The translations under genes were made by a program, and so were the position numbers. A stretch of DNA of 64,000 bases, taken from positions 9,963 through 73,962 of IMG/VR virus record IMGVR_UViG_3300009788_001732, one strand, 5' to 3'. The DNA is from a virus. Taxonomy: Duplodnaviria > Heunggongvirae > Uroviricota > Caudoviricetes. Each line of letters opens with the position of its first letter. Position 1 is the stretch's first letter. Of the stretch, positions 16,914-24,894 are shown one piece after another. A model generated the notes under the pieces. It saw only the letters and a list, made by a program, of their open reading frames with translations. It was not told the origin of the DNA and did no database searches.

Positions 16914-17262
16914 TCGTTAATTCTCTATTCTTAGGAATGGAACGTAATGCAGTCACAATCAAAATTGAGTTGCCCTTGGCCTCTTCTGGTTCTACAACCT
17001 CACAATTCGGGTCGTTACTGTGATTCAAGTAACACCATGGGGCGAAAGGAACAAATCCGCTATCGTTGTCCCACTCGAATCCATATGTCCAGGCTTGCTC
17101 AAAGTCTTTCAGTGCCTGCGTAGCGCTTTCTTTGGCGCGTCCCCAGACAGGCTTGTATTTATAAATCCAGCCATAAATACACTGCCATTCATCTTTCTTG
17201 ATACATGAATATGCAAATACACCCTTACCATGTATCGGTGAATTATCGATGTAGATGTTCAA
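16879..17262 (-). CDS. minimal SET-domain protein (putative protein lysine methyltransferase)
   Basis: IHGKGVFA (GxG), YLNHSNDPNC (NHSxxPN), ELTIDYGYD (ELxxDY); only 127 aa. Confidence 0.8.
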   Translation of the reverse strand: MNIYIDNSPIHGKGVFAYSCIKKDEWQCIYGWIYKYKPVWGRAKESATQALKDFEQAWTYGFEWDNDSGFVPFAPWCYLNHSNDPNCEVVEPEEAKGNSILIVTALRSIPKNRELTIDYGYDPKEDS

Positions 17263-17780
17263 TGGTGTTTGTACTCCAGCAGCAAATAGGTACCGTCAGC
17301 CTGTGATTTCTGCTCATAGTCATTCCAGACAGCAGACAGTCCTTCTTGGACAAACAAGTCGTGCATCTGATTGAAACCGGCTCGTATAGTTAGCTGGCTA
17401 TGATTTGTTCCTGTAACAATAGCGTCGCGCCATTGCTGGATCGTCCCCGAAAGAATTACTAACAATACCTGTCGTATCTTTGTCTCCGCGCGCGTAAAAG
17501 ACATCCCGGAACACGATTCCAGAATGTCCAATATATCAATTTCATCCACGACAGTCAATACCGAGAATGAAACGTGCGCAAGTAATGCGGGTGGCAAACT
17601 AGCTGGAGCTTCTACATCCTGTGTCGCAGCTAGAATTGATAGAAAACGTTCAGCATTACTGAGGTTCTTTGCCGTATTATCGACGCCGTGAGTAACTTTG
17701 TGATCCAACACTTCATCACAAGCTTGTAACAATACATCGAAGTCCACGGCAGGTCGGGCGATAAAAGTTGAGCGCATCAT
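17259..17780 (-). CDS. hypothetical protein
   Basis: 173-aa ORF with no recognisable motif. Confidence 0.4.
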   Translation of the reverse strand: MMRSTFIARPAVDFDVLLQACDEVLDHKVTHGVDNTAKNLSNAERFLSILAATQDVEAPASLPPALLAHVSFSVLTVVDEIDILDILESCSGMSFTRAETKIRQVLLVILSGTIQQWRDAIVTGTNHSQLTIRAGFNQMHDLFVQEGLSAVWNDYEQKSQADGTYLLLEYKHH

Positions 17781-17856
17781 AACCCTTTTATCCTACCCTA
17801 GTGTGTTAACTGAGTCAACCATAAAAATTGCCGCGGAACGTATAAGCAACACGCGG

Positions 17857-18531
17857 CTATTTACTACTCCGAAACGAATGTCGATCGAAACCTTTCGCTA
17901 TGATTAAATCACGGTCTGAAACCTCTGAACTTATCAATTCGCCTTTGTATTTGGTCTTGTGATCGCCGTGACTTCCCAAGACGCCGCCCATGTACATGGC
18001 AATTTCTTGAAATGTACGATATGTGTCCATTTGTGTAAAGAACTCTACGCTCTTTAAGGACGCATTAACTACTAGCTTCTTGGGACTTGTGACAAACACA
18101 GGGGTGCGATGCAGGCGGAACAAATGCTCGTAGTTGTTTCGCCGCTGGTTGCATACAACAAAGAATTCTTCAAAGAAGGCGCGGCGGCAAGTATAGTTGA
18201 AGCCACGCGTCCATCTGGTTGTATTGTAGGCCCGTAGCTGAGACTTATTCAAATTGTCTTTCATGGACTGATCAACATCTTCAATTGACCAGCAGCGGCG
18301 CGGCTTAACATTACTGTCAGAATACAATTCCAGCATCGGTATGATTGTTCCGCAAAACCCAATGATGCGAGATTTTGTCAAAGGGTGTTTCCAACTTCCA
18401 TGATCGCCTTGGCAGACGGGGAATGGATGGCCGTCAACTGTCGCTTGCTTTCGCAAGTACACTAAGGTTTGATCCTGGCCCAAACGTTGGATACAATCAT
18501 AGTAGTCATGGAAATCGGAAATAATTCTCAT
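17857..18531 (-). CDS. hypothetical protein
   Basis: 224-aa ORF with no recognisable motif. Confidence 0.4.
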   Translation of the reverse strand: MRIISDFHDYYDCIQRLGQDQTLVYLRKQATVDGHPFPVCQGDHGSWKHPLTKSRIIGFCGTIIPMLELYSDSNVKPRRCWSIEDVDQSMKDNLNKSQLRAYNTTRWTRGFNYTCRRAFFEEFFVVCNQRRNNYEHLFRLHRTPVFVTSPKKLVVNASLKSVEFFTQMDTYRTFQEIAMYMGGVLGSHGDHKTKYKGELISSEVSDRDLIIAKGFDRHSFRSSK

Positions 18532-18808
18532 TGCTTACCATCTGTCTGGATACCATGATTCTTTGAGTAAAGCATATTTAGCACTCTTGACCGCTTTACA
18601 AACACCTTATCTTACTCATGCTGTTTGACGAAATCTTGAATTTCCTTAGCCTCGGTGTCTTGATGCTTGTGGAAAAGGTTTACATACGTGATGATTTTCG
18701 GCTCGGACATATTGTGACTTTTTCTTTGGTCCCGTACGGCAGTCTTGAGATGCTATCCTGAGGACTGTGTCTGGACGTTTTGACTTCCAGAAACGCACGC
18801 ACATGGCG

Positions 18809-19552
18809 CTAAACGGCAAAACCTTGCTTACGCATGAGTCTAAGATGCTCGTTACGAATAGCCTCTCCGCCAACACTGAATTTACCAGTCTCAATGCCAA
18901 TTTCAGTTGCCAACATCTTCAAGACCAACTCATCTGGATTCAAATACAAATCACCAGGCTTGGCATCTGCATACTCAGTGTCCAAAGGCAACGTGCCAAT
19001 TGGGTGTGCGAAATTGATCAAGCCAATAAGTTTCGCCACGGCGGCTGCTGGACGGTTTGGCCGACCGAAATTTGGCACAGTTACGAGGCCAGCAGAGCCA
19101 CCACCTGTTAGATTGGAGCCGTCGATTATAGTCAGCGCGAGTCTCTGACTTCCTACACTGCCCATAAAAGTAAAAAGCATCTCGCCAGCGCTCAAGGCGG
19201 CACCGCCTACAGATATGTCATTGTCCACCCAGCCAGTAACCACACCATTGGCCGCTGAGTTGATACCTGTTTTAACAGTAGCGGGCGTTGCATTAAATGC
19301 AATCCCTGTTACAGAAAAAGTTTCGCCGATGAACGTTTCAAATGTCAAATCATAGGTACCGGCCGAAACAGTCGGGATATGCTGTGCTATAGCATTCACT
19401 TCGTTATTTGCAGCCACCTCATTGATGTATGCAGGGTCACCAACCCTTGCTTCAAGGTTTTCGATGTATCTTTTCAAAACTCGCTTTGTTGCAACTGCGT
19501 CGAGAGTAGGATCAACTGAACTCAAGTTCTTTAAGTCTGAAATCATTCCCAT
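18809..19552 (-). CDS. paralog family A, member 1 (unknown function)
   Basis: Conserved N-terminus MGMIxDLKNLxSVxPTLxAxATKRVLKRYIExLE and conserved C-terminus NFGRPNRPAAAVAKLIGLI...LVLKMLATEIGIET...RNEHLxLMRKQGFA, with a divergent middle. An AAGGAA SD precedes the start; the second Met may be the true start. Confidence 0.5.
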   Translation of the reverse strand: MGMISDLKNLSSVDPTLDAVATKRVLKRYIENLEARVGDPAYINEVAANNEVNAIAQHIPTVSAGTYDLTFETFIGETFSVTGIAFNATPATVKTGINSAANGVVTGWVDNDISVGGAALSAGEMLFTFMGSVGSQRLALTIIDGSNLTGGGSAGLVTVPNFGRPNRPAAAVAKLIGLINFAHPIGTLPLDTEYADAKPGDLYLNPDELVLKMLATEIGIETGKFSVGGEAIRNEHLRLMRKQGFAV

Positions 19553-19564
19553 GTGGTTGTTTCC

Positions 19565-19604
19565 TTGTATAAGCCTGTGCAGGAAGGATTTGAACCTTCA
19601 TCGT
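19565..19604 (-). pseudogene. tRNA-Asn 3'-half fragment (partial duplicate)
   Basis: A 40-nt segment identical to the 3' part of the tRNA-Asn at 20393..20464 (acceptor 3' strand, T-arm gaagg-ttcaaat-ccttc, variable loop, part of the anticodon stem). No 5' half is present. Confidence 0.45.
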
Positions 19605-19623
19605 AGCGGTTAACGGCCAATCG

Positions 19624-20373
19624 CTAGATAGCGAAGCCTTGCTTACGCATAAGTTCCAGATGCTCGTTACGGACACCAGCGCCATTGTCGCTTACGCCAA
19701 GTTCATCAGTCTCAATGCCAATTTCAGTTGCCAACATCTTCAAGACCAACTCATTTGGATTCAAACGCAAATCGCCTGGTTCACCTATGTAATCATTAGA
19801 GATTGGCAATAAGTCAATCGGTTGTGCGGCGCCGATTAAGCCGATCAGTTTCGCCACAGCGACTGCTGGTCGGTTTGGCTGTCCATAGTTGATGACACTT
19901 ATTGGGCCGAACGGCTCACTTAGGCCCGTGTCATCAACTCTAATCAGTGGCTGTCTTTTATTTGCGAAGGGGCCAGTTGCAAAAGAAAAGTCCGTGTCTT
20001 CGACATTCAAAGTGCTTCCAGACACTATAATGTCATCGTTTGTCCAGCCAGTAATTTCAACAGCGGTGGCGACGGCGTTAATACTTGTTTGAAATAGACT
20101 AGCTGATGTCGAAGTAAATAATGTCGGAATAGAAATAGTTTCACCATTAGCTAAATCTATTATCAAAGTAAATTCACCACTAGGTAGACCCTCTGTAAAT
20201 TGTGGTAGGCGGTGTACTTCGATTCTTTCAGATACATCCTCATCAATATATTCAGGGTCACCATGCACTGATTCAAGATGCTCGATGTATCTCTTCAAAA
20301 CGCGCTTTGTTGCATTTGCATTGAGAGTCGGATTAACTGAATCCAAGTTCTTCAAGTCTGCTATCATTCCCAT
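19624..20373 (-). CDS. paralog family A, member 2
   Basis: Shares the family N- and C-termini. Its 5' and 3' flanks are about 85-90% identical at DNA level to member 1 over ~150 nt. Confidence 0.5.
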   Translation of the reverse strand: MGMIADLKNLDSVNPTLNANATKRVLKRYIEHLESVHGDPEYIDEDVSERIEVHRLPQFTEGLPSGEFTLIIDLANGETISIPTLFTSTSASLFQTSINAVATAVEITGWTNDDIIVSGSTLNVEDTDFSFATGPFANKRQPLIRVDDTGLSEPFGPISVINYGQPNRPAVAVAKLIGLIGAAQPIDLLPISNDYIGEPGDLRLNPNELVLKMLATEIGIETDELGVSDNGAGVRNEHLELMRKQGFAI

Positions 20374-20392
20374 GTTGTTGCCCTATGCAAAG

Positions 20393-20464
20393 CTGTGCAG
20401 GAAGGATTTGAACCTTCATCGTAGCGGTTAACAGCCGCCCGTCTTACCATTAGACCGCCGCACA
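20393..20464 (-). tRNA. tRNA-Asn (anticodon GTT)
   Basis: Manual cloverleaf: acceptor tgtgcgg/ctgcaca (one G-U), D-arm gtct-aatggta-agac, anticodon arm ggcgg-ctGTTaa-ccgct, T-arm gaagg-ttcaaat-ccttc, 72 nt, no encoded CCA. Confidence 0.65.
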
Positions 20465-20948
20465 TCAAATAGGCTCTTGTTTTCTGTACTCATACCAATT
20501 ACTGCGTTTACGATTCAAGTTACATAATGCCTCGTCACGCTGTCTCTCAGTATTGTAGCGCCGATACACGCACCAATCAACGCAAACCCACGTTTGTCGA
20601 CCACAGTAACGGAACTCAATGGCAAATAGCTTTTTCTTAGATTTCTTCCTCCGCGGACGTTCTCGTTCCTCAATCTGAGGTCCTTTATCGCGGAGAGCTT
20701 CCCAATCATTCCGACTCATGTTTCTGGCACGCCCTTTCGGCTGGACCACGCTTACTATGCCGACTGATGATTGACTCGCCGCCAGCTATATTAACTGCAT
20801 AGTATCTAGTCCCCATCCCTGGGAGTTTTCCAACACTTTCGACTATCTTATAAAGACCACAGCGTGACCTCCAAGTGCGTCGTTTTGCACAAGGTGTTTC
20901 ATCTTTCTGTGCCCTCATCCAATCGAGCTTCTGCTTTGTCTTGGACAT
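20465..20948 (-). CDS. two overlapping small ORFs; possible degenerate homing-endonuclease-like gene
   Basis: ORFs 20706..20948 and 20465..20749 overlap in different frames. The first has CGLYKIVESVGKLPGMGTRYYAVNIAGGE, which is loosely GIY-YIG-like. The pair lies between tRNA genes. Confidence 0.25.
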
Positions 20949-21018
20949 CTTGAAGTACCCTACAGCAGTTTCGATCCGCTTTCTCCGGGATGAAAGCCCG
21001 ACGACATAGCCATTAGTC
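20947..21018 (-). tRNA. tRNA-Glu (anticodon TTC), candidate
   Basis: Manual fold: acceptor gccctac/gtagggt (G-U closing), anticodon arm tcggg-ctTTCat-cccgg, T-stem agcgg/ctgct (one G-U) with an atypical T-loop atcgaaa, D-stem only 3 bp. Confidence 0.45.
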
Positions 21019-21046
21019 CAGTAGGGCTGAAGCTAGCGGAGGGACT

Positions 21047-21119
21047 TGAACCCACAACCTGCTGATTACAAATCAGCCGCTCTGCCAATTGAGCTACGCT
21101 AGCTTATATGGCGATTGGT
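21047..21119 (-). tRNA. tRNA-Thr (anticodon TGT)
   Basis: Manual fold: acceptor gctagcg/cgctagc, D-arm gctc-aattggca-gagc, anticodon arm gctga-ttTGTaa-tcagc, T-arm with one T-T mismatch, 73 nt. Confidence 0.65.
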
Positions 21120-21255
21120 GTGTTGACTACACGACCCAGCAGAGTCCCTTTTCTATAATCCCAACCATGCGCCGTCCTGCCGGAGACCGGCGCCAACCTC
21201 GTCAACACTTAACCGTTATCCGATGCACCAGATAACGGCCAATCGCTAGTAATTG

Positions 21256-22014
21256 CTAGACAGTGAAGCCTTGATCACGCATAAATTTCAGATGCTTATT
21301 ACGGACAGCCGCGCCGCTACCGCTTATGCCAAAGTCATCAGTCTCAATACCCATTTCAGTTGCCAACATCCTCAAGACCAACTTATTTGGGTTCAAATGC
21401 AAATCGCCAGGTCTAACAGCGGCGTAATCATTAGATATTGGCAATAAGTCAAGTGGTTGCGCAGCACTAATTAAGTTAATCAGTTTCGCCACTGCGGATG
21501 CTGATCGGTTTGGTTGTCCGAACGTAGTTATGCTTACAGCGCCGGCTAAACCACCGCCTGTCAGGCTTGTACCGTCGATTTGAAGTAGGGGCTGCCTTTT
21601 ATTTGCGACAGGACCAGTTGCAAAAATAAACTGCAAGTCGTCGGTGTTCAAATCGGCGCCGACTACTGAAATATCGTCATCTGTCCAGCCAATAATGCTG
21701 GCAGTAGTGGCGGCAGAGTTGATAGCTGTTTTGATCGTGGCAGCGACTGCATTATAGGCAAGAGCTGCTACAGTAAAAGTTTCACCACTAAACAAATCAA
21801 ATATCAAATCGTAGGTGCCGCCTGAAACAGTCGGGACATGCTGTGCTACAAGATGTGTTTCGACTCGTGCAGATACATCTGCGTCCGCATATTCAGGATC
21901 ACCGGCAATTTCTTCAAGGTATTCGATGTATCTTTTCAAAACTCTCTTTGATGCACTTGCATTGAGCGTAGGATTAACTGCACTCAAGTTCTTTAGGTCT
22001 GCTAGCATTCCCAT
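21256..22014 (-). CDS. paralog family A, member 3
   Basis: Same conserved termini, with the start at MGMLADLK preceded by AAGGAA. The 33-aa N-terminal extension in the track ORF (to 22113) is probably not translated. Confidence 0.5.
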   Translation of the reverse strand: MGMLADLKNLSAVNPTLNASASKRVLKRYIEYLEEIAGDPEYADADVSARVETHLVAQHVPTVSGGTYDLIFDLFSGETFTVAALAYNAVAATIKTAINSAATTASIIGWTDDDISVVGADLNTDDLQFIFATGPVANKRQPLLQIDGTSLTGGGLAGAVSITTFGQPNRSASAVAKLINLISAAQPLDLLPISNDYAAVRPGDLHLNPNKLVLRMLATEMGIETDDFGISGSGAAVRNKHLKFMRDQGFTV

Positions 22015-22073
22015 GTTGTTTCCTTGACAAGTAAATTCAGTCAAACCGTCTTGTAACAGGTTACACGCTTTGA

Positions 22074-22337
22074 TTATCTGTTGATGTTGATTGGCAGTCC
22101 ACGGCTTTGACACTCTTCAATCAGCCCCTTGACCCTTCCAGTAAATGTCATCTTCGTACTGTGAGCATGACATATTGAAATATCATATTCATCGCTATTG
22201 GCAAGTTGCCTCAAACATTCGTCAAGGAAGCGTCTGTGTGCATCAACCATGCGTTGAGTGTCATCGAGTAACTTCTCATTTGTTAGTGTTGTCAAATTGA
22301 CCGCTTTCCCGTTCCCATCTGGCCACTTATAACTCAT
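22074..22337 (-). CDS. hypothetical protein
   Basis: 87-aa ORF; its stop overlaps the next gene's start. Confidence 0.35.
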   Translation of the reverse strand: MSYKWPDGNGKAVNLTTLTNEKLLDDTQRMVDAHRRFLDECLRQLANSDEYDISICHAHSTKMTFTGRVKGLIEECQSRGLPININR

Positions 22338-22599
22338 CTGCTTCTTTCTGTGTCAGTGGTTCAATTGAAACATCGGGTTCAAGTTCATCGGCAATTTGTT
22401 GCTCTATTGCGAAATCAAGGGAGCAGCCTAAAGCAGTGACAACTCTTATAACTGAGCTGAGGCGGCAGTTTGTCGGATTATTGAATACTCGACGCAGTGT
22501 ATTGTAACCCAACTGCGTACGCTGTTGAATATCCTTATAAGATAGGCCGAGGTTCTTTTGACGCTCAACCAGTGCCGCCCTGAATTCAATGTCTTTCAT
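22327..22599 (-). CDS. XRE/Cro-CI family HTH transcriptional regulator
   Basis: LSYKDIQQRTQLGYNTLRRVFNN is a typical HTH_XRE; 90 aa. Confidence 0.6.
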   Translation of the reverse strand: MKDIEFRAALVERQKNLGLSYKDIQQRTQLGYNTLRRVFNNPTNCRLSSVIRVVTALGCSLDFAIEQQIADELEPDVSIEPLTQKEADEL

Positions 22600-22614
22600 T
22601 ACTGAACCCCTAGA

Positions 22615-22653
22615 ATAAAAAAGCCCGGGAGGGCTCTCTGTCCCCTGCCGGGC
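22615..22653 (-). terminator. putative rho-independent terminator
   Basis: On the minus strand a GC-rich hairpin (gcccgg ... ccgggc with internal pairing) is followed by uuuuuuauu. It ends a structured 3' region downstream of gene 22827..23561. Confidence 0.45.
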
Positions 22654-22826
22654 TTGATCGTCGGCTGGTTGATCCGAGCAAAAGAGTCCCGGACGGGCGG
22701 ACGGCTGATAACTGCTGCCCGTCAGGCGAGGCGACCTTTTACGGCGAGGCGGAAGGTAGTTGCTGCTGGTGCAGCAGGGCGTCTTATAAACTCCTGAGTC
22801 CTGGCCAGGATTAGGCTATTAAAGGG

Positions 22827-23561
22827 TTAACGGGGTCGTGTCTTTTTACCACTGGGTTCAACTTCGGGCTTATTTCCGTCGTCAGGATTCAAGAACTTCG
22901 CGATCTCTGCCTTCAGCACGTCAGCGGACGGTATTTGGTTTTTGGTAAACTTGTTACTGCATGGTTTTGTAACCATGACAAACCACGACCAACCCTTCTT
23001 CTTGTTTTCAACTCGCTTAGACTTCATAGTCAACGACAGAGGACCATGCGACTCCTGACCGGTTAAGTCGCGACGCTTGATATCAACATCGCTGAGCGGT
23101 AAGAAGTCAGACACAGCACCCACTTCGCGACGGTTCGATGCCGACCCAAGAAATAGTTCATACAGTTGCCCGGTGCTTCGCTCCACTACCAAGAAACTAG
23201 CTCCAAACTGACATCGACTATTAGACTGCCATGACCTCTTCTCGATGTCCTTAAACAGGTCGCTATTGCGGTCGTAAGTAACCACTATCTGCTCATCGTC
23301 ATTCATGTCAATTGCCTTTGGCCGCCTAGCCAATGGCAAAATATCAATGGAATCGCCGAGGTCATCAGCCTCTTCTTTGGACTTGATAATACAGTAGTGA
23401 CCGGGCTTAACCTTGCCGGTGTCAATGAGAGCGCCCTTAGATTTCAACTCGATACGACGCAGAAACGTCGAAGACGCTCCAAGATTGTCGAAATCTTCAT
23501 CCGTCGCAACTTGAGTAGAAATGTCACCAAAAACATCAGCAGGGATGAGTGATTCACTCAT
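22827..23561 (-). CDS. hypothetical protein
   Basis: 244-aa ORF with no confident motif. Confidence 0.4.
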   Translation of the reverse strand: MSESLIPADVFGDISTQVATDEDFDNLGASSTFLRRIELKSKGALIDTGKVKPGHYCIIKSKEEADDLGDSIDILPLARRPKAIDMNDDEQIVVTYDRNSDLFKDIEKRSWQSNSRCQFGASFLVVERSTGQLYELFLGSASNRREVGAVSDFLPLSDVDIKRRDLTGQESHGPLSLTMKSKRVENKKKGWSWFVMVTKPCSNKFTKNQIPSADVLKAEIAKFLNPDDGNKPEVEPSGKKTRPR

Positions 23562-23632
23562 AGGTCAATTCTCCAAAGCTCGATTCTCAAAACGGGGCCT
23601 TAACTTTTGTCTAGTGTATCTCATGATGAGAC

Positions 23633-24550
23633 TCACGTCAATGATTCTTCTGATTTTCGCTTTTGGTCACGATCACGCTGACGCCGCTCAGCATCGTTAA
23701 TACGCTGGCGTTCATAGTTTAACATCTTTTTCTTACGCTCAGCAATACTTATATCATCAACGCGAAAGGCCCACCTAAGTGCAAAGTTTGCTGCTTCAAT
23801 TGGATTCTCTATTTCAGCCGCTGCAATTATTACAGGTAAATTTGTTGGTGTGTCCAATTCAGCCTCTATAACACGCAAGTCCCGCATCATTGGCCGAAAA
23901 TCATCAATACCAAGCCGATCTAATTTACCCTGTTTCACGGCTTCACGATAGTCATTAACCGCGCGTTTCATATGTCTCACAAACTGAGACACTGGCATAA
24001 CCATAGCATCAGCAATATACTTTCCTTGCTCATTCCGAGGTAAGCGCGCCAGCCAATGTGCGCTGCCGATTGGCAATTCATTACGCTGGACGGCCGTTCT
24101 GACTTGCTCGGAAAGGTGGTTCAAACTGAGGACTTTCCTAATCCATGAAGTTGCTTTATTACAGAGGGTAGCCATCTCGGCAAGTGTCATTTCCTCATTA
24201 TGCAATGTACGCAACCGCTCAAGGTGTTGAGCAAAATCGATCCAATTGGTTTCTTTATGCTGCGAGTTGCACGCAATTTGGGCGGCCAGATATTCTGAGT
24301 CATTCAGTTCCACGATTCGCAGCGGCATCTTGTCAAGCCCTGCCTTGAGCGTAGCCTTATACCTCCTGTAGCCGTCATTCAATTGGAATCGTCCGCCTGG
24401 GCGAGGGCGCGCTGGTGGTGCTTGTAGACACCCATTATGCTGCTTGATCTGGTCTACAAGCTCAAGGAACGAAACGTCGGATTCGCTGAACTGCCGCAGA
24501 ATCGGATCAGGTGGGTCAATTTGTAAAACAGGTACAAATGTCACTGTCAT
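23633..24550 (-). CDS. ParB N-terminal domain protein
   Basis: QLNDGYRRYKATLKAG matches the ParB GxRR box. The track start at 24619 is a TTG with no SD; the first ATG is at 24550 (MTVTF...). Confidence 0.5.
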   Translation of the reverse strand: MTVTFVPVLQIDPPDPILRQFSESDVSFLELVDQIKQHNGCLQAPPARPRPGGRFQLNDGYRRYKATLKAGLDKMPLRIVELNDSEYLAAQIACNSQHKETNWIDFAQHLERLRTLHNEEMTLAEMATLCNKATSWIRKVLSLNHLSEQVRTAVQRNELPIGSAHWLARLPRNEQGKYIADAMVMPVSQFVRHMKRAVNDYREAVKQGKLDRLGIDDFRPMMRDLRVIEAELDTPTNLPVIIAAAEIENPIEAANFALRWAFRVDDISIAERKKKMLNYERQRINDAERRQRDRDQKRKSEESLT

Positions 24551-24894
24551 AATATAGTATAACCAGAATAACCCGCTTTTGGCGAAAATTTGCGCGGGGA
24601 AGGAGGGTTGGAGGGTCAATTAAGGACAGAAGGAGCGCGCCCTAAAGAAAATGTGTACCTAGGTTTATGAATAAAAGGGTCGATCAATGGTCTGTTAGTA
24701 TATAATGATTGATCCTAAAGAAAAGTCGTATTCAAATTTAAGTAGTACAGTAAAGTAAGCTTGTCGGATTTTGGAAAGATTTGACATAACTTTTACCGCA
24801 TGCAGAACTTAAGGGAGGGTCGATACAAAATATCCGACCCTTGTTTGACCCTTGGCTTGCCAACCATGGTAAGTTATACTATGATCAGGAGCCG

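Noticed and set aside
18646-18900. 84-aa minus-strand ORF overlapping the 3' end of paralog 1.
   Set aside because: It overlaps the conserved C-terminus of a better-supported gene by ~90 nt and has no motif. It is probably a shadow ORF; the 18532-18808 gap may contain only regulatory sequence.
22014-22113. 33-aa N-terminal extension of paralog 3 in the ORF track.
   Set aside because: The family-conserved start MGM(I/L)xDLK with an AAGGAA SD begins at 22014, and the extension is not shared by the other two paralogs.
24691-24706. Perfect TATAAT hexamer at 24701-24706 in the divergent control region.
   Set aside because: There is no acceptable -35 (ggtcga at a 17-nt spacing) and no TG extension, so I did not call a promoter. 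It may still be used by a phage-specific sigma factor.
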